A stretch of 64,000 nt of DNA, taken from NCBI GenBank assembly GCA_965219415.1, contig OZ244742.1:288001-352000 (forward strand), given 5' to 3'. Each line of letters starts with the position of its first letter. The stretch's first letter is position 1. Of this stretch, positions 1-9,707 are shown in pieces. The stretch comes from Candidatus Marinacidobacterales bacterium (lineage in GTDB: Bacteria; Acidobacteriota; Vicinamibacteria; Marinacidobacterales; DATDRI01). Position numbers and translations under genes: made by a program. The notes under the pieces are model-generated. The model had not been told where the DNA came from. It saw only the letters and a program-made list of their open reading frames with translations, and made no database searches.

Positions 1-191
1 AGCAGTAAGGCCGGCCTAGCCCGGGCCCGCTACATGCTGGCGTCAAAATGGGAGGTTGCCAGTAATCGACCTAGCCAGACGCCGAAACAAGACGGTACCC
101 TCGGACGGCAAAATACGCAGTTGCTCATGCTCAAGGTGGCCAGGCGTCGGTGCGGGGGAGTTACCCCTACCACCCCTCCTGGCCGAACATG

Positions 192-229
192 TTGACAGAA
201 TTGGGTTTTTTGCCCTAGGATGGTATGAT
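192..229 (+). promoter_or_regulatory. Putative sigma70 promoter of ilvE
   Basis: TTGACA (192-197), 18 bp spacer, TAGGAT (216-221); alternatively an extended -10 TGgTATGAT (221-229), ~70 bp upstream of ilvE. Confidence 0.55.
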
Positions 230-298
230 TAGGGTGATATTTGGACTAATCCACCGGGAAACAACTCACGAATTTATCCGGGCGAGGATGAGCAGTAC

Positions 299-1267
299 GT
301 GCTTCCGAAATCTGAGAAAATCTGGATGAACGGTAAATTCGTCCCCTGGGATGAGGCGACCATTCACGTTGGTTCTCACGTCGTTCACTATGGGTCTGCT
401 CTCTTCGAGGGGATTCGTTGTTACAACACGGCCAATGGGCCGGGAGTCTTCCGACTCGAGCCGCATGTGGAGCGGCTCTTCAACTCCTGTAAGATCTATA
501 GGATGGAGATTCCCTTTAGCCCCGAGGAGTTAACCGAAGCGATCCTCGAGACCATCCGTGTCAACTCTATGGACGAATGTTACATACGCCCCATCGTGTT
601 TCGAGGTTATCACTCGCTCGGCGTCAATCCCTTTCCCTGCCCGGTCGAGTGTTACGTCATGGTCTGGAAATGGGGCAAGTACCTCGGCGAAGAGGCCATC
701 GCTCAAGGCGTCGATGTCCGCGTCTCGTCCTGGAATCGAGTCGCACCCAACACGTTTCCGACAACGGCCAAGGCCGGTGCCAACTACATGAACGCGCAGC
801 TCATCAAGATGGAGGCTGTCGTAGAAGGCTACGCCGAAGGAATCGCTCTCGACACTTTTGGTTTCGTGAGCGAGGGCAGTGGCGAGAACCTATTCTTGGT
901 ATCGAATGGAACCTTGATGACGCCGCCCTATCAATCCATGATTTTGCCAGGTATTACTCGAGATTCCGTACTGACGCTGGCCAACGATGCAGGCATCCCG
1001 ACCAAAGAACAGGTCATTCCTCGCGAGGCACTCTATACGGCGGATGAGGTCTTCATGGTAGGGACCGCGGCCGAGATCACGCCGGTCCGCTCCATCGATA
1101 AGATCCCGGTGGGCCTCGGAAAGCGGGGCCCGATAACCAAGCGTCTTCAAGATGAGTTTTTCGGAATCCTTAGCGGTGAACGAAAGGACCGTCACGATTG
1201 GTTCACCTACACCGCCGAAGCTTCTCGTGAGGGGTTGTCCAAAAAGGAAGCCGGGTCTGCGGCCTGA
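299..1267 (+). CDS. ilvE: Branched-chain amino acid aminotransferase
   Basis: HYGSALFEGIRCY, AKAGANY (PLP Lys), EGSGENLF, LPGITR and GTAAEITPV motifs; intact 322 aa. Confidence 0.95.
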   Translation: MLPKSEKIWMNGKFVPWDEATIHVGSHVVHYGSALFEGIRCYNTANGPGVFRLEPHVERLFNSCKIYRMEIPFSPEELTEAILETIRVNSMDECYIRPIVFRGYHSLGVNPFPCPVECYVMVWKWGKYLGEEAIAQGVDVRVSSWNRVAPNTFPTTAKAGANYMNAQLIKMEAVVEGYAEGIALDTFGFVSEGSGENLFLVSNGTLMTPPYQSMILPGITRDSVLTLANDAGIPTKEQVIPREALYTADEVFMVGTAAEITPVRSIDKIPVGLGKRGPITKRLQDEFFGILSGERKDRHDWFTYTAEASREGLSKKEAGSAA

Positions 1268-1326
1268 TGAAGATACCGGAACGTCGACGGCGATTCGCAT
1301 AAGCGACGTTTGAAAGGGGCGAAACG

Positions 1327-2484
1327 ATGCATATCAACGATCTCTTGAAGATCGCTTCGGAGCGCAAGGCTTCCGACTTGCATTTGAAGGTCGGCAGCCA
1401 TCCTGTGCTCCGGATCAACGGAGAGCTTGTGCCTCTGGTCGAGATGAAGAGACTCATGCAGGAAGACACCATCGCCATGGCGTTCTCCATCATGAGCAAC
1501 CGTCAAAAGCAGAAGTTCAAGGATAATCTCGAGATCGATATCGCCTACGGTGTTCCCGGTTTGGGCCGCTTCCGTTGTAACGTATTCCAGCAGCGTGGAA
1601 CGGTCGGCTTGGTCCTCCGTGTCATCCCGGTCAAGATTCTCACGATACGGGAGCTTGGCCTACCGCTGGTCCTCGAGAAAATCGCCAAAGAAACACGAGG
1701 ACTCATCCTCTGTACCGGAACGACCGGTTCCGGTAAGTCGACCACCCTCGCCGCGATGATCGACTACATCAACGCTCATCGCTGCGAGCACATCATGACT
1801 ATCGAAGATCCGATCGAGTTCTTGCACCGAGACAAGAAATCCATCGTCAACCAGCGCGAGGTGGAGGTCGATACCAAGAGTTTCGCCGGCGCCTTGCGTA
1901 GCGCTTTGCGTCAGGACCCCGATGTCATCCTGGTTGGCGAGATGCGTGACTACGAAACGATCGAGACCGCCATCACTGCCGCAGAGACGGGCCATCTCGT
2001 GCTCTCGACGCTGCACACCCTGGACGCGACCGAAACTATCAACCGGATCATTTCGGTCTTCCCGCCCCATCAGCAGAAACAGATTCGGCTCCAGTTGGCA
2101 GGCGTTTTGAAGGCGGTCGTCTCCATGCGATTGATCCCCCGCGTGGATGGCAATGATCGAGTCCCCGCCGTCGAAGTGATGATCGCCACCCCGTTCATCC
2201 GCGACTGCATCATCAACAAGGACAAGACCAAACTAATCCACGAAGCGATCGCCGCTGGAGTTTCGCAATACGGAATGCAGACCTTCGACCAGTCCATCTT
2301 CAATCTCTACAAGAAAGACCTCATCACCTACGATGAGGCCCTACGCCGGGCGAGTAACCCTGACGAGTTCAAACTCAAGATCCAGGGTATTCAGTCCACC
2401 AGCGACCTGGCTCAAGAGGAGATGGAGAAGAGCATGTCCGACTTCATGGATGACCGGGGTGATTCCGAGTTCGAATTCAGCTAG
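1327..2484 (+). CDS. pilT: Type IV pilus retraction ATPase (PilT/PilU family)
   Basis: ASDLHL, Walker A GTTGSGKSTT, TIEDPIE, LRQDPDVILVGEMRD, ETGHLVLSTLH, GMQTFDQ. Confidence 0.92.
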   Translation: MHINDLLKIASERKASDLHLKVGSHPVLRINGELVPLVEMKRLMQEDTIAMAFSIMSNRQKQKFKDNLEIDIAYGVPGLGRFRCNVFQQRGTVGLVLRVIPVKILTIRELGLPLVLEKIAKETRGLILCTGTTGSGKSTTLAAMIDYINAHRCEHIMTIEDPIEFLHRDKKSIVNQREVEVDTKSFAGALRSALRQDPDVILVGEMRDYETIETAITAAETGHLVLSTLHTLDATETINRIISVFPPHQQKQIRLQLAGVLKAVVSMRLIPRVDGNDRVPAVEVMIATPFIRDCIINKDKTKLIHEAIAAGVSQYGMQTFDQSIFNLYKKDLITYDEALRRASNPDEFKLKIQGIQSTSDLAQEEMEKSMSDFMDDRGDSEFEFS

Positions 2485-2503
2485 GAAGGGCAAGCGCACA
2501 AGC

Positions 2504-2962
2504 GTAAACCGCTCGCCTCTGGAATTCGCCCTGATCCGGCTGGCCCGACGCGCGCATAGCGAAGGGGAGCTCACCTTCAAAATGGAACGCGCAGGCTACC
2601 CGGCATCCGAGATTTCTGCGACCCTCGCTGAGCTGCGCAACCGACGTTACGTCGATGATCTCGCCTTTGCGCAGGCTTTCGCACATGCGGCACGACGCCG
2701 CAAACACTGGGGGCCGGCCCGAATCGCCCAAGGGCTCCTCAAACGCGGGCTCGCCGGTTCTCACATCGCGCAAGCGGTGGCGGAAGCGTTTCCGGCGGGA
2801 GAATCCGAATCGGTGGCCGAAGGACTCGAACGTTTTCGGCGCACCGATCGACGACCTGGCACGCCCCGCCAAAGACTGGCTCGGGCGTATCGGCACTTGT
2901 ACGGGCGGGGGTTCAGCCCGGAGGCGATACGAGAAGCATTGCAAAGCAAAGACGACGCATGA
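2504..2962 (+). CDS. recX: Regulatory protein RecX (start uncertain; GTA at the expected start)
   Basis: ALIRLARRAHSEGEL, YVDDLAFA, WGPARI, LYGRGFS; directly upstream of alaS. Confidence 0.8.
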   Translation, partial: VNRSPLEFALIRLARRAHSEGELTFKMERAGYPASEISATLAELRNRRYVDDLAFAQAFAHAARRRKHWGPARIAQGLLKRGLAGSHIAQAVAEAFPAGESESVAEGLERFRRTDRRPGTPRQRLARAYRHLYGRGFSPEAIREALQSKDDA

Positions 2963-2982
2963 CTGAGAGGACTGGACCCCAC

Positions 2983-5655
2983 ATGACATCCGCCGAGCTC
3001 AGAAAGCGCTTCCTCGGCTTTTTCGAAGAGCGTGGGCATCGTGTGGTCCCGAGTTCGTCTCTCGTACCTCACAATGATCCGACGCTCCTCTTTATTAACG
3101 CCGGGATGAACCAATTCAAGGATGTCTTTTTGGGAGTAGAGAAACGCGACTACCTTCGTGCCACCAGCGTACAAAAGTGCGTGCGGGCGGGGGGCAAACA
3201 CAACGACTTGGAAAACGTCGGCGTGACCGCGCGGCATCACACGTTCTTCGAAATGCTAGGCAATTTCTCCTTCGGGGACTATTTCAAGAAAGACGCTATC
3301 GATTTCGGTTGGGACTTCCTCACCAAAGAGCTCGAGCTGCCATCCGAGAGATTGGCAGTGTCCGTCTTCGAAGGCGACGACGAGGTTGCGGCCGACGACG
3401 AGGCCGCCAAGCATTGGGCCGGCCACGTCCCGACAGAGCGAATTCACCGCTTGGGCCGGGAGGATAACTTCTGGTCGATGGGAGACACTGGGCCCTGCGG
3501 ACCGTGCTCGGAGGTCCATTTCCACCAGGGTGATCACCTTCCCTGCCAAGCCCTCAAGGGTTGCCTGGGCGTGGCCTGTGAGTGCGATCGATGGCTCGAG
3601 ATCTGGAATCTAGTGTTCATGCAGTTCAACCGTAACACGGACGGCAAAACAAACGCACTCCCCGCTCCGAGTGTAGACACCGGAATGGGCTTGGAGCGGA
3701 TTTCCGCCGTATCGCAGGGAGTCGATAGCAACTACGACACCGACCTGTTCAAACCCTATATCGCCGAGATCGAATCTCTCACCGGCAAGACGTACGGCGT
3801 CGCGCCAGAGGACGATGTCTCGTTCCGAGTCGTTGCCGATCACGTTCGGGCCACGACGTTCCTTGTCACCGACGGAGTGATGCCCCAGAACGAAGGCCGC
3901 GGTTACGTGTTGCGCAAGATCATGCGCCGCGCCATGCGTCACGGAAAACGTCTGGGGCTTGAGGAACCGTTCCTCCACGAGTTGACGAGAACGGTTGTGG
4001 AGCAAATGCAAGAGGCCTATCCCGAATTGTTGCTGGGCCAAGACCTCGTGAACCGCGTGGTGCACTCGGAAGAGGATAGATTCAAGACCACGTTGGCTAC
4101 CGGAATCGTTGCCCTGGAGAAAGTGCTCGACGGCGTGCCAGAGGGTGGTCGGCTCGCCGGACCCGACGCCTTCAAGCTCTACGACACTTTCGGTTTACCG
4201 CTCGACATGCTCGACGAGATCTCATCCGAGCAAGGGATAGCCGTCGATGCAGAGGGTTTCGAAAAGGAGATGGCGGAACAACGCCGCCGCGCCCGTGAAT
4301 CGTGGAAGAGGGCCGCCGCCGACAGGAGTATCGACAAGAGTATCTACGGAGACATTCACAACCGAGTAGAGACTCAGTTTCTCGGCCATGAGCGAACGGT
4401 GGTCGATGACGCCCAAGTCATCGCTCTCACCCAGGAGGATAAGGAAGTTCCGACCCTCGTCGAGGGTCAGGAAGGCCAAGTGTTTCTCGACTACACCCCC
4501 TTTTATGCCGAAGGCGGTGGGCAGGTAGGCGACCGGGGCATTTTGTCCGGCCCAGATGGCGTGGCCGACGTGCTGGACACGCAGGTGCCCGTCCCCGGGG
4601 TTTATGCCCATCGAGTTCGCATGAGAAAGGGTGCTCTGGCGCGTGACCAGAGAGTCGCGGCTCGCGTCGATGAGCAAACTCGAAGCGCCACCGCCGCTCA
4701 CCACACCACGACACACATGCTCCACGCCGCTCTTCGAGAAACCCTGGGGCCGCACGTGAAGCAATCCGGTTCGCTGGTGGCATCCGATCGCCTCCGTTTC
4801 GATTTCTCGCATTTCGCACCGGTGCAACCGGGCGAGCTCGAAACGATCGAAAGCCGTGTTAACGACAAGATCCAAGAAGACCTCGCGGTAGAAACTGCGG
4901 AGATGCCCATCGACAAGGCTCTCGAGCGAGGGGCCATCGCCTTCTTCGGTGAAAAATACGGGGATCGCGTGCGGGTGGTCGAGGTACCGGATTTCAGTAT
5001 CGAGCTGTGTGGCGGAACGCACCTTCACCGCACCGGTCAGGCCGGTTTGTTCGTGCTGACGTCGGAGTCTTCCATTTCCGCCGGGGTGCGCCGGGTAGAG
5101 GCTCTGACCGGTCAGGCCGCCGTGGATTACATTCGCTCTCAGAGACGGCTAGTGGACGGCGTCAGCCAAGCACTTCGAGCCCAGCCGGAGGAGCTCATCG
5201 CATCCGCGGAACGCCTGCGCGACGAGCTCAAGAAACGCGAGAAGGAAATCGAACAGCTGAAGCTAAAGCTAGCCACTGGCGCACCGCAGTCTGCCAAGGA
5301 CCGAAGCAACGAGATCGGGGGCGTTCTGGTGTGGACACCGGAGCCTCTGCAAAACTACGACAAGAAGGAACACCGCCAGTTCATGGATGCATTCAAGAAC
5401 AAAAACCAGAATCGTTCTTGGATCGCGATCTCCGGAGCCATCAACGACGAAAAAGTCTCGGTGATCGTCGAAGTGTCACCGGATGTCACCAAGCGGTTGC
5501 CGGCCAACCAGCTCATGAAGCACTTGCTGCCCATCATCGACGGACGGGGCGGAGGGAAAGCCGAACGCGCCGAGGCCGGCGGACGCCATCCGGAACGACT
5601 CGAGAATCTCTACGAAGAGGGACGTAAGACGGTTCGCGAAACACTCGGGGGTTGA
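2983..5655 (+). CDS. alaS: Alanine-tRNA ligase
   Basis: DPTLLFINAGMNQFK, HHTFFEMLGNFSFGDYFK, editing-domain HTTTHMLH and ELCGGTH; intact. Confidence 0.98.
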   Translation: MTSAELRKRFLGFFEERGHRVVPSSSLVPHNDPTLLFINAGMNQFKDVFLGVEKRDYLRATSVQKCVRAGGKHNDLENVGVTARHHTFFEMLGNFSFGDYFKKDAIDFGWDFLTKELELPSERLAVSVFEGDDEVAADDEAAKHWAGHVPTERIHRLGREDNFWSMGDTGPCGPCSEVHFHQGDHLPCQALKGCLGVACECDRWLEIWNLVFMQFNRNTDGKTNALPAPSVDTGMGLERISAVSQGVDSNYDTDLFKPYIAEIESLTGKTYGVAPEDDVSFRVVADHVRATTFLVTDGVMPQNEGRGYVLRKIMRRAMRHGKRLGLEEPFLHELTRTVVEQMQEAYPELLLGQDLVNRVVHSEEDRFKTTLATGIVALEKVLDGVPEGGRLAGPDAFKLYDTFGLPLDMLDEISSEQGIAVDAEGFEKEMAEQRRRARESWKRAAADRSIDKSIYGDIHNRVETQFLGHERTVVDDAQVIALTQEDKEVPTLVEGQEGQVFLDYTPFYAEGGGQVGDRGILSGPDGVADVLDTQVPVPGVYAHRVRMRKGALARDQRVAARVDEQTRSATAAHHTTTHMLHAALRETLGPHVKQSGSLVASDRLRFDFSHFAPVQPGELETIESRVNDKIQEDLAVETAEMPIDKALERGAIAFFGEKYGDRVRVVEVPDFSIELCGGTHLHRTGQAGLFVLTSESSISAGVRRVEALTGQAAVDYIRSQRRLVDGVSQALRAQPEELIASAERLRDELKKREKEIEQLKLKLATGAPQSAKDRSNEIGGVLVWTPEPLQNYDKKEHRQFMDAFKNKNQNRSWIAISGAINDEKVSVIVEVSPDVTKRLPANQLMKHLLPIIDGRGGGKAERAEAGGRHPERLENLYEEGRKTVRETLGG

Positions 5656-6525
5656 ATGAAGGAAAAGACGCTCGCCGGTTGGTGTTTGGGAGTAGCCCTA
5701 TCGCTCATCGCGATGGACGCAAATGCTCAGATTTACGGCTTCACCAACGAAAAGGGTGTCCTCATTCTGTCCAACGTTCCCACCGATGGTCGAATGAATC
5801 TCATCGCAAGGGGGAACCCCGCAGAGGCCGGCAAGGTCTGGCGCTACAGTGGGCAATACGATCCGATAATCTTGAAGGCGGCGCGAGAATCCGGAGTGGA
5901 TCACGCCCTGGTGAAGGCCGTCATCGCGGTCGAGTCGGCCTTCAATCGCTTCGCGCGTTCCCACAAGGGAGCACAAGGGCTCATGCAGCTCATGCCCGAG
6001 ACGGGCCGAAGATATGGCCTGGTCAACCCCTATGACCCATGGCAAAACGTACGCGCCGGCACCAGGCACCTTCGGGACCTGCTCGACGAGTTCAAAGATC
6101 TTCGGCTCTCGTTGGCGGCCTACAATGCGGGCCCAACGCCTGTCCGACGCCTAAAGAGGGTCCCGCCGTACAAGGAGACGCAGAACTACGTAAAGAAGGT
6201 TCTCGCTGTCTACCGTGCCGGCTCGCGGCTCCGAATTACCAAGGGTGGCCGCACATACAAGTATCGACCGGCCGGGGGGCAAGACTCGGGTCACCGGAGG
6301 ACGAACCAAGACCGCCAAGGCCGCACCGCCAACGGCCAAGGCTGCGGAACCGGCCCCCCCTCTGCCGAGCCAACCGCGGCTACCGTCGTCGAAACGGTCG
6401 CACCCCACCAAAATGACGTGACCGGCACGGAGCTTCGCTACTACCGCTACCGGGACGAAAATGGCGTCATCTATATCACCAGGACGCGACCGTCGGGTGT
6501 AGAATACGAGGTTCTGGAGCCCTGA
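5656..6525 (+). CDS. Lytic transglycosylase (SLT domain) with signal peptide; possible compensating frameshifts at ~6259 and ~6355
   Basis: AVIAVESAF, GAQGLMQLMP, AAYNAGP, ETQNYV. Confidence 0.85.
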   Translation: MKEKTLAGWCLGVALSLIAMDANAQIYGFTNEKGVLILSNVPTDGRMNLIARGNPAEAGKVWRYSGQYDPIILKAARESGVDHALVKAVIAVESAFNRFARSHKGAQGLMQLMPETGRRYGLVNPYDPWQNVRAGTRHLRDLLDEFKDLRLSLAAYNAGPTPVRRLKRVPPYKETQNYVKKVLAVYRAGSRLRITKGGRTYKYRPAGGQDSGHRRTNQDRQGRTANGQGCGTGPPSAEPTAATVVETVAPHQNDVTGTELRYYRYRDENGVIYITRTRPSGVEYEVLEP

Positions 6526-6560
6526 CAAGGATACGTTGGCCGGACCCAGGCGGGAGACCC

Positions 6561-8285
6561 ATGGCAGACAGCGCACCGACTCCGTTCGACCAGGGGTTAT
6601 TCCTCGTCCATCTCAACCGTGGGATGGAGAATTTCGAGCGGCGCAACTTCACGATCGCGGAGCGGGAGCTCGAAGCGGCCCGGCGCATGCGGCCCGCCGA
6701 CCAGCGCGTCCTGAACCTCCTCGGGCTGGTCTACTTCAAACGCGAGAAATACGACGAATCGGCTGGCATCTATCGGCGCCTCATCGATGGTAATCCCGAT
6801 TCCTATATCCTGCATTTCAACCACGGTCTGATCTGCTTCAAACTCGGCTCTTTGGACCAAGCGGAGGCCGCCTTCCTCAAGGCTCTCGACCTCAAGCCCG
6901 ACAATCAGAAGATCAATTTTTATTTGGGCAACATTTACGAAAAAAAGGGGCAGCATTACAACGCTATCTTCCAGTACCGCAAAGCCGGCGCCAACACCAT
7001 GGTCAAGCGGGTGCAGGCCAAGATCTCGTCCGAAAAGAGTGGAAGCGATGGGCACGACCACCCATCCACGTCCTCCAGTCCAGAGGACGCCCAATTCGCG
7101 GAATCGGCACCGATGCTCACGCTAGATGATATCGATCCGGAGCAGATTCTAACCGCCCTGAACGATACCAGCCCCATGGGCCCCCCTACGCCGGCGGTCG
7201 ACTCCCTCGGGACAAATGAGACGAAGGGCGAGACCGACGAATCAACGGATGATGCGCCGGTGGACGATGCCCCGACGATGCCGCCCCGCTCCAGGCCGCC
7301 CACGCCTCCTGCGGATCTAGCCGAAAGCGCCCTCGTCGGAGGGTCGGCGGATCCAACACCGCCCGCTAGAGAAGAGAAAGACGGGCAAGAAGATCGAGGT
7401 GACGAGACTGGCCCACTCGTCCGAACCGTCGTGCGACTCACCGACCCAGTCGTCCCCGACCAGCCGCTCAACGAAGTTGCTTCCTCGAAATCCCTCTCGA
7501 CTGCGGCCAAGGACTTGTTCACGCCCTCGCAACTAGAGCGTCGAAGGGGCTCCCGCAGGAGCGAGGACCAGACACTGAAATTGAAAGTGCCGCCTATCAT
7601 CGCCAGCGAAGCGAGCGGGCAACCGCCCGAGGATCGCCGAGAACCAGCCTCGCTCGGGGAAGATGATGAGGACCGCGCACCGCATCTGTATTCGCAATTG
7701 AGGCGTCGAGACGACAGCTTTCGGTATCTCGAGAACAACCTGATGGAAGTAACCTTTTCCGGAAAGGTCTTCATCAAACAAGGCACGATCTATAGCTACA
7801 GTGGAAACTTGACGTTTTGGGTCAAGCCTCAGCGGGAGGACGGAGCGCCATCGCTGATCATCGTAAGCGGTACCGGTCGATTGTTGCTCACCGACCGTGA
7901 ACGAGAGATCACGGTGCTGCAAGTCAACGGTGAGGAGATCTTCGTAGAGCCATCGCACCTACTCGCGTGTCAGGAAACCCTGACGCCGCGATACGCGCTC
8001 ATCGAGCGGGAGGGCGAGCCCCAGCCCCGGTTGCACGTGCTCTCTGTCCAAGGAACTGGCTTGGTAGCTCTTTCGGTAAACACCAAGCCCTTGGTGCTAG
8101 CGGTAACGCCCGGCTACCCGGTGAACGTGTCGAGCGCCAACGTGATCTCGTGGTCGGGAGAACTCTCGCCCGCCATCGTCGAGGACGAGGCACTCGCCGA
8201 GCTCATGTCGCCCCACTCGGGGACATCGCTCAATATCCGGCTCGAAGGCTCGGGAAAAGTGATGATGGAGAAAACGGTTCAGTAG
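6561..8285 (+). CDS. TPR + low-complexity linker + AIM24-like C-terminal domain protein
   Basis: N-terminal TPR helices (LNLLGLVYFK, FNHGLICFK); Pro/Asp-rich linker; C-terminal beta domain (GTGRLLL...GTGLVAL...EGSGKVMM) typical of AIM24. Confidence 0.7.
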   Translation: MADSAPTPFDQGLFLVHLNRGMENFERRNFTIAERELEAARRMRPADQRVLNLLGLVYFKREKYDESAGIYRRLIDGNPDSYILHFNHGLICFKLGSLDQAEAAFLKALDLKPDNQKINFYLGNIYEKKGQHYNAIFQYRKAGANTMVKRVQAKISSEKSGSDGHDHPSTSSSPEDAQFAESAPMLTLDDIDPEQILTALNDTSPMGPPTPAVDSLGTNETKGETDESTDDAPVDDAPTMPPRSRPPTPPADLAESALVGGSADPTPPAREEKDGQEDRGDETGPLVRTVVRLTDPVVPDQPLNEVASSKSLSTAAKDLFTPSQLERRRGSRRSEDQTLKLKVPPIIASEASGQPPEDRREPASLGEDDEDRAPHLYSQLRRRDDSFRYLENNLMEVTFSGKVFIKQGTIYSYSGNLTFWVKPQREDGAPSLIIVSGTGRLLLTDREREITVLQVNGEEIFVEPSHLLACQETLTPRYALIEREGEPQPRLHVLSVQGTGLVALSVNTKPLVLAVTPGYPVNVSSANVISWSGELSPAIVEDEALAELMSPHSGTSLNIRLEGSGKVMMEKTVQ

Positions 8286-8342
8286 ATACGGCCGACGCCT
8301 GGCTCGCTTGATAGCACCACTCCGTCCACCACGGACAGATCT

Positions 8343-9707
8343 TCACTCGAAACCCCTGCGGTCCAGAACAATTTCGCGCCCACTCCCACGAATCGTGGTT
8401 TGACTTCCATCCGCCCCCTCTAGAGTGATCTCCCCCGAGTCGGCGCTCGGCGTCACACCCTGCCCATATTGAAGGGACGCGAACCGGGTCAAGGTTTCGA
8501 GAAACTCTTCCCGGTCTCCCTTGGAATCCCAAACGGTGCGCCAAACCAGGCGATATTTCCCCCGCGCATCCCGCCATAGTGCGTAACGATCGCCACCCCA
8601 GCCCTGGGCGGCACGATCGGCGTCCCGTCGGCCCACCTTTCCCGAGAAGAGAACTCGGATGAAGTACTCCCCGAGCTGCCCCTCCGATTCGACGGGCTCT
8701 CCCACGGCCTCGATCAGGTTCACATCAATTGGCTCGTCTCGTTCGTCCAGGTATTTTTTCGGATGAAGCACCTGCTCCATCGAGCTCGGAGGATCCTTGA
8801 GGCTGCGATTGAGGAGCCGAAAACCGCCCCGCCGATAAATCTCCGTCGCCAACCGCTTGCCTTCGAGATACGGAACGATCAGTTGCTCACGTACGACGAG
8901 CGGCGCGCTCCTGAGCTCCGGGCCGGCGAACATCTCTGCCATCGCCCGTCCGTCGTCGGCCCCTACGCCTCCAAAACCAAAGAGACCCTCGAGAACCTCT
9001 TGTCCCACTCCCTCTCGCGCTGATCCGCCCGAAGCGGCGGCTCCGCTTCCCAAGTACATTGCCATCAGCAGCGTGGCGTCTCCCTCCAACAAGCTGAGAG
9101 CAGCAAGCTTCCGATCGTCGTAGTCAGTTCCCTCCCCCAGCGTCGCTCTCAAATCGAGATGCTGATCCTGCAGAGCATGTCGAAGCTCGTGAGACAGGAT
9201 GAGCTGGTTCATCAAGTTCAAGGATTGGCCGGAAGAAACGGTGGAAATGGCGAAGAGCTTCTTCGCGCCGGGGCGTTCGTCGTAAAACCCGGCAACGTTC
9301 TCGTTCAAAACCTGTTCTCGAATCGTGCGCAGGTCTACTTCGGCATCGAGGAACCCGAATGCTCTGAGCATTCGCTCATCTTTCTCGGCCACGGTCGGCG
9401 GATATTCTTCTTGGAAGAGCTGATGGATGTACTCGGCAAGCTCATCGCGGCTCATGAAATCGATGGGAATGCTTTCTGTGAAACGGAGCTCGCCGACTTC
9501 CTCCACTCTTTTTTTAAGCTCGTCGGGATCCACTTTGGGTAAGCCAAGCATGTTTCCGAGCAACTCGAAAGCCCGAGCCAACTCCTCCTCGCTTGCCTCA
9601 CCGACCTGGGACGTCGTCGCCGATCCGTAGCCCAACGCCACAACTAAGACTCCGACCTGTGCTGCGACACAGAGAGCAAACACCTTGAACGTCCCAAGAC
9701 TTTTCAT
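8343..9707 (-). CDS. Exported protein with HExxH motif, putative metallopeptidase
   Basis: Hydrophobic N-terminus from MKSLGTF; VAGFYD, SHELRHALQDQH, LLEGDAT, GWGGDRY. Confidence 0.65.
   Translation of the reverse strand: MKSLGTFKVFALCVAAQVGVLVVALGYGSATTSQVGEASEEELARAFELLGNMLGLPKVDPDELKKRVEEVGELRFTESIPIDFMSRDELAEYIHQLFQEEYPPTVAEKDERMLRAFGFLDAEVDLRTIREQVLNENVAGFYDERPGAKKLFAISTVSSGQSLNLMNQLILSHELRHALQDQHLDLRATLGEGTDYDDRKLAALSLLEGDATLLMAMYLGSGAAASGGSAREGVGQEVLEGLFGFGGVGADDGRAMAEMFAGPELRSAPLVVREQLIVPYLEGKRLATEIYRRGGFRLLNRSLKDPPSSMEQVLHPKKYLDERDEPIDVNLIEAVGEPVESEGQLGEYFIRVLFSGKVGRRDADRAAQGWGGDRYALWRDARGKYRLVWRTVWDSKGDREEFLETLTRFASLQYGQGVTPSADSGEITLEGADGSQTTIRGSGREIVLDRRGFE

Noticed and set aside
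138-184. Hairpin GGCCAGG...CCTGGCC as an ilvE attenuator or riboswitch
   Set aside because: It lies upstream of the predicted promoter. No leader peptide rich in branched-chain residues or T-box motif was seen.
4222-5028. Long antisense or overlapping ORFs (also 6956..7786, 13824..14501)
   Set aside because: These are shadow ORFs expected in GC-rich coding DNA, with no recognisable motifs.
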